NCBI GenBank assembly: GCA_050084985.1
Contig: JBITNC010000001.1
Span: forward strand, 140,740,001 to 140,804,000
From: Nageia nagi
Taxonomy: Eukaryota; Plantae; Pinophyta
Direction: 5' to 3'
DNA length: 64,000 nt
Part shown: positions 26,500-39,309 of the stretch, piece after piece
How the letters are laid out: each line of letters begins with the position of its first letter
Numbering within the stretch: position 1 is the first letter of the stretch
The notes under the pieces: generated by a model
The model's database searches: none
Told to the model about the DNA's origin: nothing
The model's input: only the letters and a program-made list of their open reading frames with translations
Program-made: the position numbers and the translations under genes

Positions 26500-29170
26500 T
26501 TTCTTAGTTAAATTCTGTCTTTTAAAAATCTCTAAATCTAATTTTTATTATGTCAAACATGAATATTTCTGGTTATAGCTTGCCAGACTCATAAATTAAA
26601 CGGGAAAAACTATGTAATCTGGACTCAAAGGTCATTATGATTATTGAAGGTAAGGAAATCAAACCCTTAGGTCCTACTAATCAAGTAGCTGATTGGGAAG
26701 GTTGTGATCAAGAAGCCTTGGCAATCATTGGGTTGTTTTGTGACTCCCCCTTGTTCAGACATATTTAGTTGTGGGGTCCGAAAGGATCTACTTGTAATAT
26801 ACTTTCTTTATGTATTGCTCTTTATGATTGTAACCTAGGATATGATACTTAATGGCTCAATGGACCCCACTATGAGCCTCAAGTGGGACGTTTCCCTCCT
26901 AAGGTTAGGTTAGGAGTATTTGTCATTCTTGGAGATCTCGATAATGATTGTGGGAATTCCAAGGTGTATTTAGCATATATTGGACAAAGGAGCATTTATT
27001 AACCCAGCGTTGAGTTTGGGAGCATCTAGACACTTGTGCCAGCTTAGGGGAGGCTTCTAGACCCCCATGTTGGGCATTGAGACCCACATTGTGCCCCTAA
27101 GTACCCACGCATGCCTCCTAGAGCCACGCATGCCTTCCTGGGTCCACGTGGAGCATAGGAGAGGCCCAGATACCCACATTGAGCTTGGATTGATCCCTAG
27201 GTGCCAACGTTGGGCCATGAGGGGAATAGATGATTTCGAGGTGCAATCCCATCCAAGGGAAGCTATATTAATCCTTGGAGCCTCATTACCGGATATACTT
27301 GATTATTATTCTCTTATACTGTCCATAGGACTTAAAGACTTAGCGGTGCTAAGCAACCTTTCCTAGATGCAGCATCTAGAGGGCATTCAAGCTGAGGGAT
27401 CATGTTTGTCTATGGTATTGGCGCAGCTTCTTACCCACTTGGTGGTATTCTGAGGTACAACTTTTACCATTCAATTGGTTATCCAGGATCAGAGGAGGGC
27501 TCCTTCAGTGGAGAGGATTTAGGTTTTGAGCATTACTGTCCCATGGTTCCGTTGTTGATCCAGTGATCGAGGGTATTCATTGTTGTGACCTAGTTGGCTC
27601 CAGAGAGGTCAACGATTGCCCCCTAGGGCTTGGTTTTGTATTGCACTGCTTCATATCATTTGTATACTACCAAGGTCAATTGGATCTCATGCTTATGTTG
27701 CATTGACTCATCTTGTGCATGCGTTGGATGATTATTGTTGTTTATGCTTGTACTTATCATACGTTGGCATTATGATGTACAGTTGATTGAATATTGCATG
27801 TTATAGCTAGATGTTGGCATCTTGGTGTTGTGAATGTGTAATATTGATGCCCTAACCCTAATGTTGCATATTTGAGGGTGTGTAGGCATGTGTTTGATGC
27901 CCTAGACCCGATGTCAGAGTTTGTTGGTTGAAATTGAGCATTTTTGAGCTGAGGTCCATTTTGGATCATCACATGTTTGTAGTTGATGATTTGATTTGAT
28001 CACTCATCTTCAAAGGAATCTCTCTTTAGTGGATGCATGGAAGACACTGAAAGAATTGTATGAAATGAAAAATGAAACCAAATTTTTCTATTTGAGAAAT
28101 CAAATTTACTCTTGTAAGATTATTGACTTCGATTCAATCTTTGCTCATTTGCATCACATTAAAGAGATTAAAAATCAGTTACTAGTAGTAGGTAAAAAAG
28201 TTGAGGATAGAAAATTAGTATCACTTTGAATAGTCTTCATGAAAGCTATCATATTTTTGTTACTAGCTTATGTCTTGCTAAGTTAACTCAACCTTTCACA
28301 TTTGAGGCATTGGTTAGACTACTTTTGCACAAAGAACAATGTATTGGTAGCTACAGTGGTAGCAACAACATGACCTTTACTTAATATTATTAGAAGAAAA
28401 ATCACAAAGGCTCTTCTATACCTATCACTAACAACACTAATAAATCTAATCCAAAAAGAAACATTGTGTAGTTACCTCAAGAGAAAAGTCATTTGGAAAA
28501 GAATTATAGGAAGTAAAAGGGAGATAAAAAGAAATCCAATGCTCATTCTTCCAATGATGATGTCACAAAGGTCTTCACTCTCAATATTGAATCTCATAAG
28601 ACATGTAATGTTTTGGTAGTTGATTCTAACAACACTAGACATATTACATTTTGTAAATATTGGTTTATTGAACTAGTTGAAGACCGATCAGACTATCATT
28701 TTGGGAGATAATAGTAAACACAAGGCTATTGGTTAAGGCAATGTTACTGCTGATCCACTTAGTTGTGGAACAATTAACATCTCTAATGTACTATATGTAC
28801 GTTCTTTCACAACAAACTTGTTTTTTATAAGCCAAACGGTAAAACAAAATTTGAATGTGATGTTTACTGCAACTAAATGTATGGTATGAAAGAATAGCAA
28901 TGTAATTGTGCAAAGTGTCCTAAGGAATGGTTTGTATAAATTTTCTAGAACTCATGAGCCTAGTTACGTGTCTTCCAATTTTTCTAACAAGCTATGGCAT
29001 GATTGTTATTGCCATTTAAACAATCACAATCTGTAGCTTAGTAATTTAAATATGGTACGTGATTGTCTCTTAGTTACGAGATGCAACAAAATTTGTCATT
29101 CTTGTGCACTAGGGAATCAAAATAGGGATAAATTTGTTCAGTCCTCTTGGTAGACTAAAGAAAAATTGGA
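26500..29170 (+). mobile_element. Degenerate Ty1/Copia D (gag-protease-pre-integrase), interrupted by a solo LTR
   Basis: UBN2-type gag DAWKTLKELYEMKNETKFFYLRNQIYSCK (27996-28229), protease-like VVDS..TRHIT, LWH..Y.HLN; homologous to Copia F on the opposite strand. Confidence 0.8.
26739..27973 (+). mobile_element. Solo LTR (1,235 bp)
   Basis: TGTGA...TCACA termini with perfect 5-bp TSD TGTTT (26734-38 / 27974-78); homologous to solo LTR at 35946. Confidence 0.92.
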
Positions 29171-29174
29171 CTTT

Positions 29175-32100
29175 CATCCAACTATAGAAGGCAAATTCAA
29201 TACAAAGACTATAGAATCTAATCTCAAAGAGAGAGAAGACAAATTGATTTAGCCAACCTACTTAGTTTGACTCAGGATTTTAAACATTATTTCTAACACC
29301 CCCTCATAATGTTTAATTCATTATCTTTAACAAAGAGAAGTTTGAATTTTTCAAACTTTTCATCACTCAAAGCTTTAGTGAGAATATCAACAATTTGATC
29401 TTTAGCAAGATAGTAAACCAACCCATTTTTTTTTATTGCACTTGCCCTCGAATGAAATGATGGTGAATTTCCACATGCTTTGACCTAGTGTGGAACACTA
29501 CATTCTTTGAAAGTTGAATATCACTTTGATTGTCACCAAACAATTGTGTAGGATCATTATGCTAAGAACCAAGATAACTGAGTAACCTTCTTGGTCGAAC
29601 AATTTCACAAGTGGTTGCAATAACAACTTTATGCTTGATCTTGGTGTAAGATAGTGAAATTGTTCCCTTTTTCTTGCTACGCCAAGAAATCACACTAGAA
29701 CCAAATGAAAAACATATCCTCGTAAAACCTAACTCAACACCAACAACAAAACTTATAACAAACCTAGTGGTAGTCAAGTAAATTAAACTTCTCATAAGCT
29801 GCCTATACATAGTAGCATCAACAATTTTATTATTTGTTTCTTTAGTCAACTTATAGCCAACTTCCATAGCAGTAGCCATGGGCTTAGTATTCTCCATATG
29901 AAAATGCTTCAATAGACTAAATGCATATTTGATTTGTGATACAAAACTGTTGTCTCCTTTGTGCCAAATCTTCATGGCAAGATAATAATTAAAAGGCCTA
30001 GATCAAACATCTCAAAGGTTTGAGAAAGACACCTTTGAGAAAGTCGAACTTGCTAGTGTCACTACTAATGATGATCAAGTCATCACATATAGTATAGCAA
30101 TGAGCATCTCATCATCTTCATGTTTGACATACCAACTATGATCATATTCACATATAATGGATCCATATGAAATTAAGTATTCATAAATGCATTAATACCA
30201 TGCCCTTGGTGCCTATTTGAGTCCATATAGAGATTTCTTTAGTTTTCAAACTATGTGCTCTTGTCCATTTTGCACAAAACCTCTTGGGTGTTCCATGAAG
30301 ACTACCTCATCAAAAATGCCATGAAGAAAGACACTCTTCACATCAATTTGATGTAGCTTCCAACCATACTGAAGTGCAAGAGAAATCATCATTCTAATAG
30401 AGGTCATTTTTGTCGCAGTTACAAACATTTTCTTAAAATCTACACCTTTGACTTATGCATAGCTTTTGGCTACAAGTTGGGCTTTGTATCTATCAATAAA
30501 ACCATCAAATTTATATTTTACCTTGTAGATCCATCTACAACCAATGGCTTTCTTATCAGGAGGTAAATCAACAAGATCCAAGTATCATTCTTAAGGATAG
30601 AGTCATGCTCATTCTTCATGGCTTTTTTGTCAATGAGCCACTTCTTTGGCTTATTGAATGATTGGGGTTCATATATGCTCATAATATTGGATGTTAATGC
30701 ATAATTGATTTCAGTATGCTTATTCCTATTCCTTTTTCTTCATTTATATTATCAACATGATAATCTTTAAATGTTTGCAAGTACCATTTTGGTAACTTCT
30801 TCTGAAGAGCAGAAGATGAAGCAGAGGGAATATTAGACAAGCCCTCACTTTCTTCAGTCCTTTCTTGACTCTTTTCTCAATCAACACTCTGAGACTTCAT
30901 TACATCTTTGCATGTAGCATTTATAATGGGGATTATGCCATCTTCAATTTTATTGAACAAGACATCTCTGTTTATTACAATCTTCTTTTCTAAAGGAGTC
31001 CAAAGTCTATAAGCTTTAGATGACTCACTATATCGAACAAGTATGCACCTTTGACTTTTAGCTTGAAGCTTTTGACATTTTCATTAGGTATATGTGCATA
31101 TGCAGTACATCCAAAAATACTAAGATTTAACATTGAAGGTTTTCTACCAATCCAAGCTTCTTCAAGAGTTATATTTTGAACAACTCTAGTAGGACTTCTA
31201 TTCAGCAGATACACAATTGTTTTAAGATCTTCACCCCAAAAGTCATTAGAGATAATCCATTCAGCAGATACACAATTGTTTTTAAGATCTTCACCCCAAA
31301 AGTCATAGAGATATTCCTAGGTTTTACCATACAACGAACCATCTCCACTACAGTGCGGTTTTTTCTTTTAGACACACCATTCTTTTGTGGAGTGTAGGAG
31401 ATTGTCAGTTGTTGTTGAATGCCATGCACTTTACAAAAGGTGATGAAGTCTTTTGAAAGATATTCACCTCCATTGACACTTTGCAAGATTTTATCTTCTT
31501 GTCAGATAATGTCTTAGATTCAACATTGAATTGCTTGAATGTTGCCAATGCATCATATTTGTTTGTCAATAGAAAAATCCAAGTTTTTCTTGTGAAGTCA
31601 TCAATGAAGGTAATGAAATACCTTGCGCCACAAAGTGAAGTGGTTTGAAATAGACCATATAGATTGGAATGAACCAACTCTAATCTATCTTTAGCTCACC
31701 TAGAGAATTGAACAAATTTAACCCTATCATGTTTCCCTAGTGCACAAAAGATCATGGACCATTTTTAAATTACTTAATAGTTGAAGACTATGGTAGTTTA
31801 AATGTCCATATCAGTCATGCCATAACTCTTGAGAAGAATCAGAAGATACAAAACCATGCTCATAATTCTTAGAGAATTTATACAAGTTGTATAAATTCTC
31901 TAGGATCCTTTGGGTAATTATGTTGTTCTTTGAGACTATGCATTCAATTATATTGAACATTACATTGATATTTTTCTTTGCCATATGGCTTATAGAGAGT
32001 AAAGAAGGTACATAAAGTACATTGTAGATGTTAACTACCTTAAACCAGGTAGATCAGTAATAACATGAATGACCAACAGCCTTGTGTTTGTTATTATCTT

Positions 32101-33400
32101 CCAAGATGATTGTTTGATTTGTGTTTACAATTAAATTTGTAAATCAATCTTTATGAAAGATAATATGCTTTGTAGCATCATAATCAATCATCCAAACATT
32201 ACTTGTTTGATGAGATCTAGGATTGATGTTGAATATCTTTGTGACATCTTTATTGGAGGAAGAAAAAGTTGACTTTTTTTTATTTTCGTTTTTCTTCCAA
32301 CAAGTCTTTTTAAGATTACCTTTCCTTTTGCAATAACTACACAACATGTCCCTTTTTGGCTTAAGTTCATTGGTGTTGTGAGTGATAGGTTTAGAAAAAC
32401 CTCATTGAAAGTTCTTTTTAGTGTGAGAGGCGAAAGCCATACTATTGCTACCATTATAGCTCCCAATCCTTTGTTCTTTGTGCAAGAAAAGTTTGGTCAA
32501 TTCCTCGTATGTGAAAGGTTGGACTCACTTTACAAGGCATAAACTAGCAACAAAAATGTGATAGTCTTCATGAAGATTATTCAAAGTAACGTTTATTAAC
32601 TCTCTATCCTCTACTTTTTCTCCTACAGCAATTAACTAATTCTTAATCTTCTTACGCTATTGTAAATGAACTAAGATTGAATCAGAAACAGTCAGTTTAC
32701 AAGAGTACATTTGATTTCTTAAATGTAAAAAGTGGTTTCATTATACAAATCCTTCAAGATTTCCATGCATTTGCTGAAGTGAGCTTGCCTTGAAGGTGAG
32801 TGATCAAGTCATCGACAACAAACAATTCAATAATTGGCAAAAAGTGTCATGATCATGACCTTCCCAATCAAGTATTGAATTAATAGGACCCGCAGGTTAA
32901 ATTTCTTTTTCTTCAACAATCATTGAGACCTTTTTCAAGGTTAGAATAGTGAGAATCTTAAATTTCCATATTACATAAATTTTTCCATTGAATTTATGAA
33001 AATCCAGTCAAATGTGGTTGGAAATGCTCACAGTTGACATGGTGAAAAATTAAATCTAAAAAAAATGTTTTTTTTTTTTTAAAACTTTGACTGCTTTAAC
33101 AAGCACGTAGAGGTCAACTACAGCTCCACACAAAAGTAAACACACTTTCAACTATATGCACAAAATGAAATAGTACTTTAACCTATATGCACAAAATGAA
33201 ATAGTAGTATATGCACTCTTAATTTTAGAGGTCTACCAACAGAAGTAAACACACTTTCAGCTGTATGCACATAATGGAACAGTAGTATATGTGCTCAAAA
33301 TTTAGCATATCTTGAGCAACAAAACACACAACACATTAAAGGGAATGCACATAGAATTTTTAGCATAACATCCAACCATAACCCTAAAAAACAAAATAGT
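29175..33400 (-). mobile_element. Degenerate Ty1/Copia F (gag-pol, PPT, partial 3' LTR)
   Basis: Minus-strand gag from ~33040; integrase (HSNLYG..YFITFIDDFTRKTW; TPQKNGVSKRKNRT), RT (LHQIDVKSVFLHG) and RNase H relics; PPT CCCCCTC from 29299 adjacent to TGTTAGAAA LTR start at 29298. Confidence 0.88.
31200..31318. repeat. 60-bp tandem duplication in Copia F integrase
   Basis: ATTCAGCAGATACACAATTGTTTT(T)AAGATCTTCACCCCAAAAGTCAT(T)AGAGATA twice in tandem. Confidence 0.95.
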
Positions 33401-35115
33401 GTGTCTGCCACTAACACATGCCACTTAGCAGGGAAATGAACTCACATGTCCTTCAGCCAGCAAGCAAAATTGATGACTTCCTTCAGCAAAAAATTATTGA
33501 TACATCTAATAGCCATGGTTGAAAACTCCAATTGTAGATGGAATCCAGAGTCCATTGATAAATCTTGGATGACCATCGGCAATCACCACAATGGGTTCCA
33601 CCACTTGGAGACTTGCAGGTCCCATTCTCTCAACAAAGTCCTTAATGACTAATATAGCTCATTAACATGTGGGCCTTCTACAAAGGGAAGGTGTTATTAA
33701 TTTCATGTGGATAATGGTGTTTGTGTTTAGCTATGAAAGCTTTTTGAATTCTCTAGAAAGATTGCCAAAATAAAACAATCCAAGTTGTACCTTGCCATCA
33801 AGTTTATCATTATTTCTAAAAAACAATATCACTGTACCAAATATTGTGAATAATGTGCTAGAGCTCAAATAACGTGAATCAAAGTCCCGGATATACTTTA
33901 CAATAGTTGCTTTTGTGCCAAGTGTTCTATTCAATAGATTGGTGAATGGCAAAAGATTGTTGTGAAACATCTTGAAGTATTCTTCTACGCATCTTGTAGG
34001 TTCCTTTGTTTCAAATCTGTGTGGGATCTCAAAAGGGAGAATGCTTCATAATATATTTTGGCCTTGCTTGCCTATTTGGAAGAGAAGAAATTCTTCTTAC
34101 AGTTATCTTTTATTTGAAATTTGGGTTTCTTGCATTTTTATGGTTCAGTTTGAAAGTTGGTCTTGTAGCAATTGTATCAGATGAATCAAGACATTAGAGA
34201 GGCTCAAATGTGAACCCTGGTGAAGATTTAAGGCTCTTAAGTTATCCTTGATGAAAATGCAACGATAAATGTTGACTTGAGAAAAAAATCAACAGACTTG
34301 AGAAAAATTCCAGCATAAATCAATGGATGAAATAAGAGCAGAGTTGATACAATCTTATAGCTTGGAGCTACAACCATTTCCAAATGTTTACCAAAGAAAG
34401 AGTGCAAGTTCTTTAGATGAGAAAACAATTGCAAAAACATGAGGAATGTATAAAAAAACGACTTTCCAGAATTCAATAGAAAGCATTGGTGCTACATTCT
34501 TGTCTTGGTTGAGATCTATGGAGTCGTTTTGGAACATGTGGGGTAGAAGTGAACTTGAAAAAAGGCTATGGAAAGCCATTTGCAAAAGAATAGTTAAATA
34601 ACTTGCAAATTAGTGTGTGGGAAAAAAAGTTTAGCGCCACATAAATACTTGGAAAAAGTTTAAAGAGGTGTCAATCCAAAGATTTGCTCTAGACGCCTTC
34701 AATCAGTGGATTCATTGTAGTAGACAAATTCAAATAGTAAAGGAATATAGCCATAAAATTGCTTCCAACATGACATACAATATATACATGGTCTAAAGCC
34801 TTGCACATGTGAAAAATTTCCTGCTGTTTCGCCTGATTCCGTGCAGAAGATAGTTAATATACCTATTGAACATGAGAATGGGGAGGTGACTAATAGAAAT
34901 AATCCATTTCAGCATGATAAGAACCATAAGGGCTTAAGTCAAAATTTTGGGAGATCATCTAAAGGAAAACTTTTTTTGTTTAAATACTATTTTAATACAT
35001 TTGCTTGTAATGTCTCTTTTTCAATTCAGATATATAAAGATTATCAAAATTTTAAAATTATGAAAATTTGTACATATGATGGTACATTGTGTTACAAATG
35101 GTTTTATTAGTATAA

Positions 35116-38100
35116 TTTTTGATCAAAGGTAAATTTATATAACAATGGTTTTTTATACAGGGCCCAAAGACCAGTATTACAAAATTTCAAAAAGATACAT
35201 CGTTTAATAAGTGAGTTTCTATACTATCCTACACCTCACTTCCACACTCGAAAGGAGTATCCATCCATCTACGATAGCCAAACAAATAGTATAGATCAGT
35301 GACATATACAAAACTATCTAATTCCATGGTCTGTCTCTCCTTGGCCATAGTGGTCTTTATCTTGTCTAGGAAGTCCTAGCCAGCCTTGATTACATTCTCT
35401 TTCACTTCAGACTTATTGACCATTGGAATACCCATGGGCATCCCCTGATGGCAGACCTCATTCTATGCAGTTTCCTCAATCTTTCTCTTGGCTTCTAGTT
35501 TTCATCATATAGAAACCTTAAAGTTTGATGCACCACATAGAATCTCCACAACTTTGAAGTAGAGGAGCCTTCTTGCGGCTGGAGAAAATAGTTGAAATTC
35601 CTTTTATCTTTTCTCTAATCTTCCTAAGGTTCAGGATGGACTTCAACATTTGATGAAACAATGTTCTTGAAGTAGTTCTGTCCATGAAAACGAAGTTCAC
35701 TTTCAACCTCATCCAAAGAGGTCAGGGCTTCAACTGCTTCCCTAATTGAGTCCTCCGAGGCTGAAGAGATAATCACTGTAGAAGGGGGTAGAGGGGACAA
35801 AAGTGGGGGTGAATGGATTGGGGAAGGGGAAAGAGGTGGAGTTGCTTGGGAGGCTTGAGTCCGGGATAGAGGAGACTTGAGAGAAGAGTGAGGGGTTAAT
35901 TGAGGTTGTGGTGAGGGAGGAGCTGGTGGCGGAGGTGGGGGAGGATGTAACACCCTCTCTTGTAAAAGATAATTAATTGTGGAATTTAAGGATTCCCTCT
36001 TGTAAATATTTATTTATGTATTTGTTGTTAGTACTTGGGATAGAAATAATAATGGTTTGTTGGATCCCACTGTGAGTCCCAAGTGGGATGTCTTCCTCCC
36101 AAGCGTAGGCTAGCATAATTTAATGTTGTTTTATGTACTTCGAGATCCTGAACATTGATTGTGGGAATCTCAAGGCCTTGTATGTACATGAAAATAGGAT
36201 CTAGGCACATGTATGACTCCTAGAAACCCAACGCATAACATGGGGGGACTTCTAGGACCCCAACATTGGACTTGGAGGCATCCCATCACACTTGGAGGCC
36301 ACGTCACACCTTAGGGAGGCTCTAAACCCCACGCATGAGCATTTATGACATGTTTAAGACATTTGAGGACCTCTAGGAGGCTAACGTTGGATAGGGGAGG
36401 CATGGATGATTTCGAGGTGATAATCTAGATCCAGGCTTGAGCTATATTAGGCATTGGAGCATCATTGCATGGATATACTAAATTTGATATTATCTCTCAT
36501 ACTATTCAATGGATATAAGTCTTGGTGCAGTGTCAACAATCTTCCCTTAGGTGCAACATCTAGGAGGGTTAGTAGGCTGAGGGATCTTGCTAATCTATGG
36601 CTAAGGTGTAGCATCTTAGTCTCGCTAGTGTTATTCCAAGGTTGTAGACCTACCATTCATTTGGGTTCCAGGGTTTGGAGAGGGCTCCTTCAGTGGAAGG
36701 ATTTAGATCTTGAGGGAGTATAGCTTTCCCATCCATTGTTCCAACAGTGATCACATTTGCATATTTGTATGCCTTAGTTGGCTCCTTGGAGGCCAACGTT
36801 GAGCCCTATTGGGCCAGTTCGGTATTGTACTCATTATCTTGCTAATTGAAGCCGTGGCATACTTGGATCTCATTCTTGTCTCATCATTGTGTGCGTTTGG
36901 TGCAATATTGTCTCATTGTGCATGACATTGGGCATTTGAGTGTTATTCTTGCTTGCTAAGTGAAACGTTAGCATTCCTGGTTTGTATTTGCATGTCTTTG
37001 ATGCCCTAGTCTAGACGTGGGTGTATATTTGATTTTATTTGATCATTAATTGGCTAATTTGCACTTGAGATTATTTTTGGGATCTTTCAGAGGAGAAGGT
37101 CGTAGTGGATGGGGAATTGGAGGCACCTGTCTAAGAGGAGCAATAGCGTGGGCTTTGCTACGAGCAAAGCTCACCAAAATTTTGATAAGACCTTGGTGAA
37201 TGGGAATTTGCCCTCTATTCCTTCTAATATAGGAGTCTAAAGAATGATAGAGAAAGAAGGGAAGATTTACTCTATTCTTACTCAAAAGTGAGCCATCAAG
37301 ATGAAATGGTAGCCACCCACTTCGGAATGATGCCCTTATAGAGTGAAGAGCTTGCACAGAGCTACGACTACACTGTTCCATGGGTAGCACAAGGAACTGA
37401 CCAAGTAACTTGATTTCTGCTTGAACGACATAGGTTCCCCTTTATCAAGAAAGTTTTCAATGTCTTTCAGTGACATCCTCACATTCTTGGAGTGTCGAAT
37501 TCCATCGTTCGACATGTCCGTAGTTGCTGCTATCATCTCCATGTTAATTGTGAACTGTAACCCATCTATGGTTACACATCCTTCATCCCATGAAATTGCT
37601 ACTTGGCAAGACCAACCTTTGTTGCCACCCTGAAGCGAATCGATGAATCCACGGATCCTGCCATTGCACAGGATATCCTAGACCACAGGGTATTCTCTAA
37701 AACCTGTCCCATCTTTTAGGTTCTAATCTTTTCTACTCCAACATTTCTTCCCTAGAAAGGAATTTACAAATAGGTTTCTCAAGCCGATGAATGATAAATA
37801 TAGCCATGCAGGGCCTTACACAACCTTTATTACCCCCAAGGTGCCGCCACCTCATGATACCCATATTGATCATCCAATCTATTATCTTCTCAATGGTCCA
37901 GACCGACTTGATCCATGCCTTAACTATAGTCGGATAGGGGAGGCATCATTTTTCTTTGACAAGACTTGTGCAATAATTATCGAAATTGCTCTATTATGTG
38001 AAACTTGCAGATTTCAGCTATGGTGACACATTGTTCACCTTCTTGCATGATTCTCATGTATGAATCATGTTATGAGTTTGAGATTCATGTGAATCGTCAT

Positions 38101-38524
38101 TCATCTCCCACTCCCTAGCGGTAGAGTCCTCATTAGACCCATTTCTCCTTAGGTGCCAGTTTTCGTTGACCATACCTTTGATTTTTCATGCTAGTGCCTT
38201 GGGCCTCATGTGTAAATCTTTAAATATTCTCCTGTTGTGTTCCTTCCAAATTTCCCATATTGTGTATGGGAAGAGGAAGCACCACCACAACTTATTGTCT
38301 TTTTTTATGGGAGGAGGCCAACTAGTGATCGCTTCCTGAATGGACTCCTTTAACCAACCCATGTTTTCCTCCAGGTATTCCCTCCACACATCCTTAGCAT
38401 ATGGACACGTCGGGAAGAGGTGACCCACTGATTCCTTTGTTACTACCAATCCTTTTTTCCTTAGATTGTCTATTGTTAGGATTTGTTTGCGAAAAGCTAG
38501 CTAGAGGGAGTGGGCGACTTTTGG
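35116..38524 (-). mobile_element. 5'-truncated L1-type LINE with an extra ORF between ORF2 and the 3' tail
   Basis: ORF2 C-terminal zf-RVT relic (ILTIDNLRKKG..ESVGHLFPTCPYAKDVW..WEIWKEHNRRIF, 38186-38520); plant-LINE-like 3' end ..AAATTTACCTTTGATCAAAAA ending at 35116; second degenerate ORF ~37760-35300. Confidence 0.7.
35946..37089 (+). mobile_element. Solo LTR (1,144 bp) inserted in the LINE extra ORF
   Basis: TGTAA...TTTCA termini with perfect TSD GAGGA (35941-45 / 37090-94); same family as 26739-27973. Confidence 0.9.
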
Positions 38525-39309
38525 GGTGATAAATTGCAGTGTTTAGGAGATCAGTTAGGGTTTGGAGGTAGTTTTTGTTATTTGGCTGTTATTTCTATTT
38601 GTTGTGATCTCAACTAGGATTTGTTCGTGAAAGAAAATTAATAAAAATACAAAAATATTTCATATTTGTTTGGTTTTGTTAGAAATTCTATTTTGGTATT
38701 TGTTTTTGTGTTTGGCACATTATAGTGGTATCAAAGTTGTGATCTTGCCAATATGAGGGGTTTATTGATGGTCCATCCATATAACACAATTGGAAAAGGT
38801 AATATTGCAGGAGATATGATTAACATTGACGAAAGGAGACCTCCTAGTCTTGAAGAATCCTTGGCATCAATGTTGCAAACTCATGAAACCCTAATAAAAA
38901 CTCAAAATTCCACGTGATAAATGCAGAATACCATGCTGAATATGATGAAACCGAATGGAACAAGGTCAACGTGAATCAGGGGAGGCCATACAAAAATCTC
39001 TCTAAGAGATTGCTACAAATCGTAGAGGCCTACAACATCAAAGATCTGAACCAATTAGATCCAAGCTTGGCATGAAGAATCTATATCTGCACATAGAGCA
39101 ACGGAGTAGCAACAAGAGGAGGTAAAGAATGAGGAATTGAAATCAGGCCTTGAAGAGAAAATTCATGGACCTAGATTTGAGGAAATAGAAAAGGCAGCAG
39201 TAGATCAAGTGGAAGACATTCTTGTGGATGCTAAGATTGGTGGAGATGCCCTAATCCTACTGGAAAAAGGTTTCTTGTGCACCATGCAGACGAGATCTAC
39301 ACCATTTGA

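Noticed and set aside
35931-35945. Polypurine tract before LTR at 35946
   Set aside because: It is the antisense of Pro codons in the LINE extra ORF; TSD GAGGA on both sides shows a solo LTR.
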